Below, piece after piece: positions 37,586 through 47,019 of a stretch of 64,000 nt of DNA. The notes under the pieces were generated by a model. That model did no database searches, had not been told where the DNA came from, and saw only the letters and a program-made list of their open reading frames with translations. Positions within the stretch are counted from its first letter, which is position 1; each line of letters starts with the position of its first letter. The DNA is from Actinomycetota bacterium (lineage in GTDB: Bacteria > Actinomycetota > Acidimicrobiia > Acidimicrobiales > Ilumatobacteraceae). The translations under genes and the position numbers were made by a program. The stretch covers positions 629 through 64,628 of the forward strand of contig SYAZ01000015.1 of the NCBI GenBank assembly GCA_005788815.1, in the 5' to 3' direction.

Positions 37586-39373
37586 ATGACGACACTTGAT
37601 TTCAATCCAGACGAACTACGCGACAAGTACAGATCTGAACGAGACAAGCGACTTCGCACTGAAGCAAACGAACAGTATGTAGAAGTAGCAGGAGAGTTTG
37701 CGCATTATCTCGATGATCCGTACATGAAACTTGAAGAGCGTGCGCCGATTGTGAAAGAAGTGCAAGTTGCAATCGTGGGTGGCGGTTTCGGCGGAATGTT
37801 GGTGGGTGCTCGTTTGCACGAAGCCGGAGTGCATGATTTCACCATTATTGAAAAGGGTGGCGACTTCGGTGGCACCTGGTATTGGAATAGGTATCCCGGA
37901 GCAGCATGCGACGTTGAGTCGTATATCTATCTCCCGTTGTTGGAAGAGACAGGGTTTATTCCTGCATCGAAGTACACGCCTGCGCCTGAGATTCTGGCTC
38001 ATTGCCACCGTATCGCGAACCACTTCAATTTGTATGAGCGCGCAATCTTGCAAACCGAAGTGACTGAAGTTCGTTGGAACGAAAGCGATCGACGATGGGT
38101 CATTCGCACTAATCGTGGCGACGAGATTCGCGCACGCTTCATCAGTATGGCGAACGGCCCTCTTCACCGGCCCAAGTTGCCAGGTATTGAAGGTGTAGGC
38201 ACATTTGCTGGGCATTCATTTCATACCAGCAGATGGGACTACGAATACACCGGCGGCACCAGCAAGGGTGGTTTAACGGGTCTTAAAGATAAGCGCGTCG
38301 GAATTATTGGCACTGGGGCAACTGCGGTGCAGTGTGTACCGCATCTTGGTGCAGGCGCAAAAGAGTTGTATGTATTCCAACGCACACCATCTTCAATTGA
38401 TGTGCGCAATGACAAACCAACTGATCCTGAGTGGGCGAGTTCCTTAGAGCCTGGTTGGCAGCGACGCCGCAATGAAAACTTCACCAACCTCACTTCCGGA
38501 GTGTTTGACAGTGAAGACCTTGTCAACGATGGTTGGACCGAGATTATTGGCAATCTCATGTTGCGCGCCCGTAAAGAAGGCGGTCTTGGTACCAGTGTGG
38601 AAGAGATCGGCACCATTGTTGAAGTGGCTGACTTTGAAAAAATGAATCAAGTTCGTTCACGTGTTGACGACATTGTAAAAGACCCACTGACAGCTGAAGC
38701 TTTGAAACCTTGGTATCGACAGTTCTGCAAGCGTCCGTGTTTCCATGACGACTATCTCCCAACGTTCAACCGTCCTAATGTCACGCTTGTTGATACTGGT
38801 GGTCGTGGTGTAGAGAAAATCACGCCAAAGGGAATCGTGGCAAACGGTGTGGAATACGAACTTGATTGCCTCATCTATGCAACAGGTTTTGAAGTGGGCA
38901 CAGATTACGCGCGTCGATCGGGCTACGAAGTATTTGGTACCGATGGCCTAACCATTACCGACAAGTGGGCTGAAGGTGTTGAGACATACCACGGATTTTT
39001 CTCTCGCGGATTTCCTAATGCGTTTATCGTGTCGACTGCTCAATCTGGTTTCTCCGTGAACTTCCCACACATGTTGAACGAACAAGCAATACATATCGCT
39101 CACGTGGTGAAGCATGCAACGCAAGAAGGCGTGACTCGAATAGAGACTGCTGAGCAGGCTGAACAAGATTGGGTGCAGGAGATCAAAGCAAACTCCACCA
39201 TGAACCTGAAGTTCTTGGAAGCATGCACGCCCGGTTATTACAACAACGAGGGCAAGCCGGCTGAACGCGCTGCACAAAATGGCAGTTACGGCCGCGGGCC
39301 TGTGGCCTTTGTGCGACTGCTTGAAGCGTGGCGTGCACAAGGCGATTTCGCTGGTCTGGAATTACAGAAATAG
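37586..39373 (+). CDS. Baeyer-Villiger (type I flavin) monooxygenase
   Basis: VAIVGGGFGG, GGTWYWNRYPGAACDVES, BVMO fingerprint FAGHSFHTSRWD, second Rossmann motif VGIIGTGATAVQ. Confidence 0.9.
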   Translation: MTTLDFNPDELRDKYRSERDKRLRTEANEQYVEVAGEFAHYLDDPYMKLEERAPIVKEVQVAIVGGGFGGMLVGARLHEAGVHDFTIIEKGGDFGGTWYWNRYPGAACDVESYIYLPLLEETGFIPASKYTPAPEILAHCHRIANHFNLYERAILQTEVTEVRWNESDRRWVIRTNRGDEIRARFISMANGPLHRPKLPGIEGVGTFAGHSFHTSRWDYEYTGGTSKGGLTGLKDKRVGIIGTGATAVQCVPHLGAGAKELYVFQRTPSSIDVRNDKPTDPEWASSLEPGWQRRRNENFTNLTSGVFDSEDLVNDGWTEIIGNLMLRARKEGGLGTSVEEIGTIVEVADFEKMNQVRSRVDDIVKDPLTAEALKPWYRQFCKRPCFHDDYLPTFNRPNVTLVDTGGRGVEKITPKGIVANGVEYELDCLIYATGFEVGTDYARRSGYEVFGTDGLTITDKWAEGVETYHGFFSRGFPNAFIVSTAQSGFSVNFPHMLNEQAIHIAHVVKHATQEGVTRIETAEQAEQDWVQEIKANSTMNLKFLEACTPGYYNNEGKPAERAAQNGSYGRGPVAFVRLLEAWRAQGDFAGLELQK

Positions 39374-39459
39374 CCCCTGGGGCAATTCCACTATCAGTTG
39401 TAGAGCCATGTACAGGCTTGGATACCAAGGGCAGGCGATTGCCTTACTAGGGTGCGGAT

Positions 39460-40713
39460 ATGGATTTTGAGTACCCACCCCAAGCCGATACCTACCGCAC
39501 AAAAGTGCGTTCGTTTCTCGATGCCAACCTTCCGAAAGATTGGAAGGGCATCGGTGCATTGAATCATGCTGCGGCAGCAGAGTGGACTGAAGAGTGGCGC
39601 AAGAAATTGTACTCAGAAGGTCTTCTAGCAATCACTTGGCCGAAGGAGTACGGCGGACAAGGCTTGTCACATATTGAGTCTCTTGTTCTCGCAGAAGAGT
39701 TCGCACGTGCGGGTGTTCCTGCAGGTGGACCAAACGATGGTTTCGGAATTGGCATGTTGGGTAACACGATCATCGCTGTTGGTACGGAAGAGCAGAAGCG
39801 CCACTATTTGCCGCGCGCATTGTCTGGTGAAGATCGCTGGTGCCAGGGATACAGCGAGCCTGCAGCAGGTAGCGACTTAGGAAACCTTGGTTGCCGTGCG
39901 GTACTCGACGGTGATGAATGGGTTATCAATGGTCAGAAAATCTGGACATCAGGTGGTCATCTCGCTAACTACATTTTCGTATTGGCTCGTACATCGCCAG
40001 ACGATGTAAAACACCGCGGCATTACTTTCCTTCTCGTTGACATGCGTCAAAAAGGTGTAGAGATTCGTCCCATCAAGATGATGTCTGGTGATTCAGAGTT
40101 CAACGAAGTGTTCTTTACCGATGCACGTTGTCCAAAAGAAAATGTCGTGGGAGAAGTCAATGGTGGCTGGATGGTCGCGATGACGCTTCTCGGCAACGAG
40201 CGTGGCGCTGGCGCAGTTGTTAGCAGCATCTCGTTCCGTGGCGAACTCGACAAGCTGAATGCATTGGCGCAAGAAAAGGGTCTAACAAAAGATCCGCACA
40301 TTCGTCAACGTCTGGCTCAAGCACACATCAAAGTGGAGATCATGCGTTTCCTTGGGTACCGCACACTCACAGCATTTATGAGTGGCAACCAGCCCGGACC
40401 TGAAGCTTCAATTGGCAAGTTGTGGTGGAGTGAATATCACAAGGAAGTCACTGAATTGGCTGTCGAAATTCTCGGTGCTGATGCGCTTGTACCTGTTGGC
40501 CAAACACCACATACTGCGTTCACTACCGATTCGCCGGGTTCACCAAACGACAGTGCGAACTGGGTGGGCGTGTTCTTGAATGCTCGTGCCGGAACGATTT
40601 ATGCCGGTACAAGCCAGGTGCAACGTGGAATTGTTGGCGAACAAGTTCTTGGTCTTCCAAAGGAACCTCGTGCAGACGGTGGTCCTTGGAAGAGCATTCC
40701 TGGCCACGGCTGA
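39460..40713 (+). CDS. acyl-CoA dehydrogenase
   Basis: 417 aa with WCQGYSEPAAGSDL, GQKIWTSGG, and a C-terminal YAGTSQVQRGIVGE. Confidence 0.9.
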   Translation: MDFEYPPQADTYRTKVRSFLDANLPKDWKGIGALNHAAAAEWTEEWRKKLYSEGLLAITWPKEYGGQGLSHIESLVLAEEFARAGVPAGGPNDGFGIGMLGNTIIAVGTEEQKRHYLPRALSGEDRWCQGYSEPAAGSDLGNLGCRAVLDGDEWVINGQKIWTSGGHLANYIFVLARTSPDDVKHRGITFLLVDMRQKGVEIRPIKMMSGDSEFNEVFFTDARCPKENVVGEVNGGWMVAMTLLGNERGAGAVVSSISFRGELDKLNALAQEKGLTKDPHIRQRLAQAHIKVEIMRFLGYRTLTAFMSGNQPGPEASIGKLWWSEYHKEVTELAVEILGADALVPVGQTPHTAFTTDSPGSPNDSANWVGVFLNARAGTIYAGTSQVQRGIVGEQVLGLPKEPRADGGPWKSIPGHG

Positions 40714-40749
40714 TATTCGTCAATCAACGCAATGCGCCAGTACAAGTAG

Positions 40750-42183
40750 TTATTTAACGACAATTTGCAATGTGCGAGTCGCCGCGGACTTCTTGCTCGG
40801 CTTATAACGAATCGACAAAGTGATCGCCTTCTTTTTGCTGAATTTAAAACTTGAACCAGATTTAGTGATGCCGTTCTTAGCGCTGGTCGCAATCTTGATG
40901 GTGCCAAATCTCTTTGCCTGAAAAACTCCTGCCGCCTTCAGAATTGCAGTGGTGGACACTTTGGAGCCGCGCTTCACCGTCAGGATGCGTGACATGGACA
41001 TCGTCGGTACAGAGAAGGTAATTCCTGTTGTGACAACTTGTAGGCCATCACCAACGGGAATGTACGTGGTTGTTGGAACCACAGCACTGTCGGTTGAGGA
41101 AGTTGTGCGCTTCACAGGGAGAGTAGTGAGGTTTGCCTGGGCCGGGGTGAGACCAAATGAATTCATTAGATATGGTGCAGGAAAAAATGCACGGAATGTT
41201 GAGCGATTCAAAATCGGTTCAGTGTTTTTCACAACGGTGGATATTGTGGATCCCCAATCTTGATTCGGTGGAGAACCAGCGCAGATACTGGGGCTCCAGG
41301 GGCATGATCTTGGTGTGCTAACTGTCTCATATTCATCCATTTGAAAATGGGGTCCTGCAATTTTTAGCTGTGCAGCACCTGTGAGACGGTCTGTTGAAGC
41401 GAGTCCGAAGACAGAAGCATCAGTGTCCATAAAGCCACCAAAGCTTGCGGGGTCAAACACGTTCACTATGCAGCCACTGCCGTCTGCACTACGAACACAA
41501 CCGTCCAATAGATCATCTGGCGGTACTACGGAGTTACGGAAACCAGGAAGCAAGAATGCAACAAGCCTATTTGCTGATGCATACGTAGCCTTCTCGCCGA
41601 TATCACATAATTCGATTGCTGGCGACCAGCCCGCGCAACTACTCGCTCCGACGCCGTAATTCTGAGTAAGAGTCGGTTTGACCACGATTGTTGCAATATC
41701 TCGCACGCCAGGTGCTGCTGGAGTGAAGGATTGAATTGCGCCATTTGAAATCACAGTGCCCACGCGCGCCGTTGGATCTTCGCCGGGCTGACGACGGAAA
41801 TTAATCGTGACCTCGCCAAGTACTTGGTATCCAGTGGGTTTGGCCGAGATTCCACCTTTTGGATACACCACCATGTATGGCGCCTCGCATGAAGTAGCGG
41901 TGGTCTCCAGGAAACGACACGGAGTGGAGTACACGCCTCCGGCGATTGTGTAGTCGGCTGTCATCTGAGATGTTACTTGGGTGAGTTGAACACCATCGAC
42001 GAAGACTGAGTCGATACAGCCTTTGGACTGGTCAGTGGAACAAAAACCAAGTCCCTTGTTAGTGGCCAGTGTCGTGTTGAAGATGTAGACCGTCTTGGTG
42101 GCCGCTTGAACAGGAGACACTGAAGTAAAACAAGTGGCAATTGCGACAAAAGCGGCAACAGTGAAAAGGGAAATACGACGCAT
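40750..42183 (-). CDS. secreted Cys-containing hypothetical protein (477 aa)
   Basis: Signal peptide MRRISLFTVAAFVAIATCFTSVSPVQAA. 14 Cys in the mature part, Ser/Thr-rich, with a basic beta-rich C-terminal tail. No family recognised. Confidence 0.6.
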   Translation of the reverse strand: MRRISLFTVAAFVAIATCFTSVSPVQAATKTVYIFNTTLATNKGLGFCSTDQSKGCIDSVFVDGVQLTQVTSQMTADYTIAGGVYSTPCRFLETTATSCEAPYMVVYPKGGISAKPTGYQVLGEVTINFRRQPGEDPTARVGTVISNGAIQSFTPAAPGVRDIATIVVKPTLTQNYGVGASSCAGWSPAIELCDIGEKATYASANRLVAFLLPGFRNSVVPPDDLLDGCVRSADGSGCIVNVFDPASFGGFMDTDASVFGLASTDRLTGAAQLKIAGPHFQMDEYETVSTPRSCPWSPSICAGSPPNQDWGSTISTVVKNTEPILNRSTFRAFFPAPYLMNSFGLTPAQANLTTLPVKRTTSSTDSAVVPTTTYIPVGDGLQVVTTGITFSVPTMSMSRILTVKRGSKVSTTAILKAAGVFQAKRFGTIKIATSAKNGITKSGSSFKFSKKKAITLSIRYKPSKKSAATRTLQIVVK

Positions 42184-42285
42184 CTCATTAGGTTACATGG
42201 AGTTTTACGCATGAATAGATTGCGTTCGATTCATGGTTGAGATGCGGTCAGTTATAGGGTTTTCTTGGAAACCAAGGAGGCCCCC

Positions 42286-42981
42286 ATGGCAACACCAGAT
42301 GTGCATACAGATTTTAAGACAGTTGTTAACGAACGCCGCAGTATTCGTGGTTACAAACCAATTCCGGTTCCACGTGAACTCATTGAGGAAGTCATTGAGA
42401 TTGCAAAACGCGCGCCGTCATCCATGAACACCCAGCCGTGGCATTTCCATGTTGTAACAGGTGAACCACTGGAAATGATTCGTAAGGGAAATACTGAACG
42501 CATGATGTCAGGGTCTCGCGTCGACCGAGAAATCAAATTGAATCACGGGTACGAAGGACCACACCGAGATCGCCAAGTGGAAATTGCCGTTCAGTTGTTT
42601 GAAGCAATGGGAATTGAACGCGATGATAAAGCACGTCGGCAAGATTGGGTCATGCGAGGCTTTCGCCAGTTCGATGCACCAGTGTCCATTGTGATCACGG
42701 TTGATAAGGCACTTGAACATGACACCATCGCTCATTTCGATTGTGGCGCTGCGACATATGGGTTGGTGCTTGCTGCATGCTCAAAGGGTCTTGGTTCTGT
42801 TATCAACGGTCAGGGCATCATGCAGTCGCAGGTCGTACGTGAACATGCGAATATCCCCGAAGACCAGGTCATCATGACGTGTGTTGCAATGGGTTTCCCC
42901 GACGAGTCGTTTGTGGCCAACGATGTTCGTTCCCGTCGTGCACCTAATAACTCTGTCGCTTCTTTTGTTGGTTTCGACTAG
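42286..42981 (+). CDS. nitroreductase family protein
   Basis: AAGGAGG lies 6 nt upstream of the ATG at 42286. RRSIRGYKPIPVPRELIEEVIEIAKRAPSSMNTQPWHF. Confidence 0.8.
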   Translation: MATPDVHTDFKTVVNERRSIRGYKPIPVPRELIEEVIEIAKRAPSSMNTQPWHFHVVTGEPLEMIRKGNTERMMSGSRVDREIKLNHGYEGPHRDRQVEIAVQLFEAMGIERDDKARRQDWVMRGFRQFDAPVSIVITVDKALEHDTIAHFDCGAATYGLVLAACSKGLGSVINGQGIMQSQVVREHANIPEDQVIMTCVAMGFPDESFVANDVRSRRAPNNSVASFVGFD

Positions 42982-43027
42982 CACCTCGCCTGCCAAGCGC
43001 AATAGAACTTTGCCTAGTATGTGATAC

Positions 43028-43621
43028 ATGGCAGTTGCTCTCGACACTCGTGCGCGGATTCTTGATGCCACGATTGAGCTCCTTGCCTCAGGTGGAGAAT
43101 CTGCGGTTCGTCTGGCTTTAGTTGCAGAAGCCTTAGATATTTCTGAACCATCGATTTATCATCATTTCAAGAATCGAAGCGAGTTAATTACTGAGGCATA
43201 CAGCGAGTGGTATTGGCGTTGTCTCAAACTTGAAGTACCAGTTGAGAACATCATGATGCTTGTCGACACGAAAGAGGACTACCTGCGTGCGGTGTTGAAG
43301 TCAATGTCGTGGAGTTACAAGTCCGACCGAATTGAAACTCGTTCCATTCGCACCAGTGTGTTGGGTGCTGCGCAAACAAATCCTGAGCTGCGCGAGAAGA
43401 TCAATGCAGTTAATGAAAAATTCCTCACGAGCCTTGCGGATGCATTGATAACTGCGCAGCAAAAGGGTTGGGTGCGTACTGATCTCGATCCAATGGCGAC
43501 GGCATATTGGTTGCACGGCCAAATCAATGGCCGTGTTGTTGCAGAAATGGATCCGGGCGTTGTCGATCTTGAGAAATGGGATGCAGTTTCGTACGAAGTA
43601 GTGCGACATCTACTCGCCTGA
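43028..43621 (+). CDS. TetR family transcriptional regulator
   Basis: N-terminal HTH: VRLALVAEALDISEPSIYHHFKNRSEL. Confidence 0.8.
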   Translation: MAVALDTRARILDATIELLASGGESAVRLALVAEALDISEPSIYHHFKNRSELITEAYSEWYWRCLKLEVPVENIMMLVDTKEDYLRAVLKSMSWSYKSDRIETRSIRTSVLGAAQTNPELREKINAVNEKFLTSLADALITAQQKGWVRTDLDPMATAYWLHGQINGRVVAEMDPGVVDLEKWDAVSYEVVRHLLA

Positions 43622-43695
43622 GAAGTGCACAATGCCTAACTAGAGCCCAATGTGCATGAGCCTGTAATCTGAGGTCACTATGAAAGAAGGACAAT

Positions 43696-44655
43696 ATGAC
43701 TCGTCTTGGATATCAAATCCCTAACTTTACTTATCCATCTGGAACAAATATCTTTCAGTCGGTTGTCAAACAAGCACAAGCTGCAGAAGCAGCCGGGTTC
43801 GACCGCGTCTTTGTGATGGACCACTTTTACCAACTGCCAGGAATTGGAACTCCTGAAGAGCCAATGCTCGAGTGTTACACCATGCTTTCGGCCATTGCGC
43901 AGCACACTAAGTCGGTACGTCTGTCATCGCTTGTTACTGGAAACACCTATCGCAACCCCACATTGTTAGCAAAAACTGTAACGGCTCTCGATCACGTATC
44001 AGGTGGTCGAGCATCATTAGGAATCGGTGCCGGATGGTTTGAATTAGAACACGATTCGCTGGGGTATGAATTCGGAACCTTTACTGATCGATTCGAAAAA
44101 TTAGAAGAGGCACTTCGAATAATTAAGCCCATGTTGAGCAGCGAGAAAGTGTCGTTTAGTGGCAAGCACTATTCTGTTACCGATGCAGTGAACTCTCCTG
44201 CGCCAATCTCTCAGATTCCCATCATGATTGGCGGAAGTGGTGAGAAGAAAACATTGCGCATGGTTGCCCAATACGCAAATGAATCAAATTTGTCGCGAGG
44301 CACTGCGCAAGAGATTCCGCAAAAGCTCGATGCATTGGCCGCACACTGTGAACGTTTGGGTCGTAACCGGGCAGAAATCAAAGTGACGAAAATGGTGATG
44401 TGCTGTGTAGCGCCAACCATGGAAGAAGCTCAAGCAGATGTGAAAGCGTTGTCCGGAGCAAAAAATTGGACCGACGAAGTAATGCAGATGCTGCCGCACA
44501 TGCTTATTTTTGGTGACCCCGACACAGTGGGGGAGAAGTTACAAGAACTTATGAGCACGGGCATTGATGGACTCACAATCAACTTGCCAGTGAACGGCCA
44601 TAACACAGATCGCATTGGATTGCTTGGTCAAGTTGCTAACGCAGCGATTGGTTAG
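43696..44655 (+). CDS. LLM-class (luciferase-like) F420-dependent oxidoreductase
   Basis: MTRLGYQIPNFTYP start, FDRVFVMDHF, GRASLGIGAGW. Confidence 0.8.
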   Translation: MTRLGYQIPNFTYPSGTNIFQSVVKQAQAAEAAGFDRVFVMDHFYQLPGIGTPEEPMLECYTMLSAIAQHTKSVRLSSLVTGNTYRNPTLLAKTVTALDHVSGGRASLGIGAGWFELEHDSLGYEFGTFTDRFEKLEEALRIIKPMLSSEKVSFSGKHYSVTDAVNSPAPISQIPIMIGGSGEKKTLRMVAQYANESNLSRGTAQEIPQKLDALAAHCERLGRNRAEIKVTKMVMCCVAPTMEEAQADVKALSGAKNWTDEVMQMLPHMLIFGDPDTVGEKLQELMSTGIDGLTINLPVNGHNTDRIGLLGQVANAAIG

Positions 44656-44746
44656 TTGATACTCAGAGCGATGAGATGTTCTGGTTCAGTTGAATCAGAA
44701 GCACGATGATTGCTGCTGACACTGTGAGTACGCCGCCGATAAACAC

Positions 44747-45118
44747 TTATGTGCGGCTCAGGAATTCCGTAATCCACTCGGCAAAGTCTGAAGTACGACC
44801 CTCGAAGCGTTGAAGCTCATCTCCAGTCAAGATGATTTTCACACCTTCATTGGTGCGCTGTAAGACAGCAGGAAAGTTCCCGGCAAGTGCAAGCATGACA
44901 TCATTCGGGGCATCGTCTCGATGAAAGAGGCGAAAGGGAACACTGAGCGAATCAGCACATTGATTCCATTCAGACTTTTTAGTGAAGAGACCGTGTGTGA
45001 GTTCGCACAACGAACAATGCGTCATACCCAGCCGAGCACCTACCCAGTAAGACACCTCTCCCAACAATGTGGCGTCAGCGTCGTAGACCCCTATGAGTTC
45101 TGTGATGTTAGAAGTCAT
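44747..45118 (-). CDS. hypothetical protein (123 aa)
   Basis: Start at MTSNITELIGVYDADATLLGEVSYWVGARLGMTHCSLCELTHG. The CxxC..H segment suggests metal or redox chemistry. No family assigned. Confidence 0.45.
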   Translation of the reverse strand: MTSNITELIGVYDADATLLGEVSYWVGARLGMTHCSLCELTHGLFTKKSEWNQCADSLSVPFRLFHRDDAPNDVMLALAGNFPAVLQRTNEGVKIILTGDELQRFEGRTSDFAEWITEFLSRT

Positions 45119-45151
45119 GAATTGAAAGCGTACTTTTGGCTGTAGACGGAA

Positions 45152-45187
45152 ATAGAGCCGGCAAGAGAACTCTCTCACCGGCTCTAT
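45152..45187 (-). terminator. strong hairpin (10-bp perfect stem) between the fasciclin gene and the next gene
   Basis: ATAGAGCCGG (45152-45161) pairs perfectly with CCGGCTCTAT (45178-45187). The 16-nt loop contains an AGAG/CTCT sub-stem. The flanking T run is weak on the minus strand (TT) and better on the plus strand. Confidence 0.45.
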
Positions 45188-45201
45188 TCATTCGTTGTTA
45201 T

Positions 45202-45750
45202 TTAGAGTGATGCAACATCTACTGATGCAGGCACAAGAACTGCATCAATGACGTGGATGACACCATTGGATGCTGGTACATCGGTTGCGGTCACATTTGA
45301 GGTGTTGACTTTGACGCCACCATCTGTTGTTATGGCGAAAGTAGAACCTTCAAGAGTGGCAACGTCACCTGCGGCAACATCAGCGGCCATGACCATGGCC
45401 GGAACCACGTGATAGGTGAGGATCTTTGTGAGAACTTCCTTGTTCTCTGGAAGGAGAAGCTTTTCGAGGAGTCCTGCAGGAAGAGCTTCGAACGCAGCGT
45501 TTGTCGGTGCGAAAACTGTGAATGGTCCGGCTCCTGAAAGTGCTTCACCGAGTCCAGCTGCTGTTATTGCAGCAACAAGTGTTGAGAAGTCTTCGTTGCC
45601 TTGCGCGACTTCAACGATGGTGCCCGCTTCAGTAACCATTTCGGTGTCGTCACCTGCAGCGACAGTGGTGTCGGACGATGACTCATCTGCACCACACGCA
45701 GACAACAACAGAACGGATGCCGCAGCTATAGCGATAATTGTTTTTTTCAT
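45202..45750 (-). CDS. fasciclin (FAS1) domain lipoprotein
   Basis: MKKTIIAIAAASVLLLSACG (lipobox), FTVFAPTNAAFEALP, LTYHVV. AGGAG lies upstream of the ATG at 45750. Confidence 0.85.
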   Translation of the reverse strand: MKKTIIAIAAASVLLLSACGADESSSDTTVAAGDDTEMVTEAGTIVEVAQGNEDFSTLVAAITAAGLGEALSGAGPFTVFAPTNAAFEALPAGLLEKLLLPENKEVLTKILTYHVVPAMVMAADVAAGDVATLEGSTFAITTDGGVKVNTSNVTATDVPASNGVIHVIDAVLVPASVDVASL

Positions 45751-46002
45751 GTTTTCACTCCTGTGAATTTGGTAGCCGAACCCAGTGGCCAGCCCCCTCA
45801 AGATAATCCACGTTTAGGGGGGATTTTCGTCGCCATACAGAAGTCACATTGCCTCAATATCTGCGCAAATTGCTTGAATCTGGCCATTTGTGTGGATTTT
45901 GCACCGAATTCCCCGCTGCCTCTGGAAAGAGTGCCAATACGAGAAGGGTGACGCTTCTGCCAAATGAGCAGTCGCTCATTACGATAGAGAAATGGAGTTG
46001 TC

Positions 46003-47019
46003 ATGACGAACGCGGTGTTTACGGCACGCAACACAGCGTTAGTGGCACTCGGAGCAGTTGACGCCCCCCAAGAGGTCACATCGGCTTGGATCGACGAGCA
46101 ATTAGCCGAGACGTATGCCACATGCGGAGTTCGGCCTGGACTCCTAGAAAAAGTCGCCGGGATTCACAGTCGACGTTGGTGGCCCGAGGGCACCACATTC
46201 GACCAAGTAGCGGCCGAAGCCGGACGTGTCGCTCTAAAAAATTCTGGGGTGAGCGCATCAGATATTGATGTTCTTATCAGCACATCTGTCTGCAAGCACC
46301 ACCTTGAACCATCCTTGGCGTCGTCAGTGCATCACCAGCTGGGATTGCCGTCATCAGCAATGAACTTTGATCTTGCAAATGCATGTTTAGGTTTCATCAA
46401 TGCCATTTGGCTCGCATCGCAACTAATTGATTCTGGTCAAGTGCGCTATGTCCTCATTGTTGACGGAGAGGGAAGTCGTTACACGCAGGAAGAGACAATT
46501 CGTCGCCTTCAAATGCCTGGTACTACTGCCGAGGATATTTTTGCTGAATTTGCATCTCTCACTCTCGGCTCGGGTGCTGTGGCTGCAGTGTTGGGACCAG
46601 CAGATTTAGGCGGTCACCGCATTGTGGGGGGAGTGTCGCGTGCAGCAACAGAGCACCATGAACTATGCATTGGCTCGCTCGATAAAATGACAACAGATAC
46701 GGCGGGCCTATTGCAAAATGGAATTGCTCTTGCACATGATTGTTTCACTGAAGCTGAACAACACGAAAAATGGCTACAGAGTATTGATTGGTACATCTTG
46801 CATCAAGTAAGCAAAGTACACACTGAAAGTGTGTGTGCACGTCTTGGAATTGATCTAGAGAAAGTTCCTGTCTCGTATCCCTCATTAGGAAATGTGGGGC
46901 CTGCTGCTATTCCACTCACCATGGCGCACAATCAACACCTCTTTGGTGCAGGCGACAATATTTTGTGCATGGGAATTGGGTCAGGTTTGAATGTCAGCTT
47001 TGTTGAATTGCAATGGTGA
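46003..47019 (+). CDS. oleA: OleA-like thiolase (KAS III superfamily, head-to-head Claisen condensing enzyme)
   Basis: 338 aa with active-site Cys in LANACLGF, then ILHQVSKVH and GNVGPAAIPL in place of the FabH HQAN / GNTSAAS motifs. Followed directly by the oleBC and oleD homologues. Confidence 0.65.
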   Translation: MTNAVFTARNTALVALGAVDAPQEVTSAWIDEQLAETYATCGVRPGLLEKVAGIHSRRWWPEGTTFDQVAAEAGRVALKNSGVSASDIDVLISTSVCKHHLEPSLASSVHHQLGLPSSAMNFDLANACLGFINAIWLASQLIDSGQVRYVLIVDGEGSRYTQEETIRRLQMPGTTAEDIFAEFASLTLGSGAVAAVLGPADLGGHRIVGGVSRAATEHHELCIGSLDKMTTDTAGLLQNGIALAHDCFTEAEQHEKWLQSIDWYILHQVSKVHTESVCARLGIDLEKVPVSYPSLGNVGPAAIPLTMAHNQHLFGAGDNILCMGIGSGLNVSFVELQW

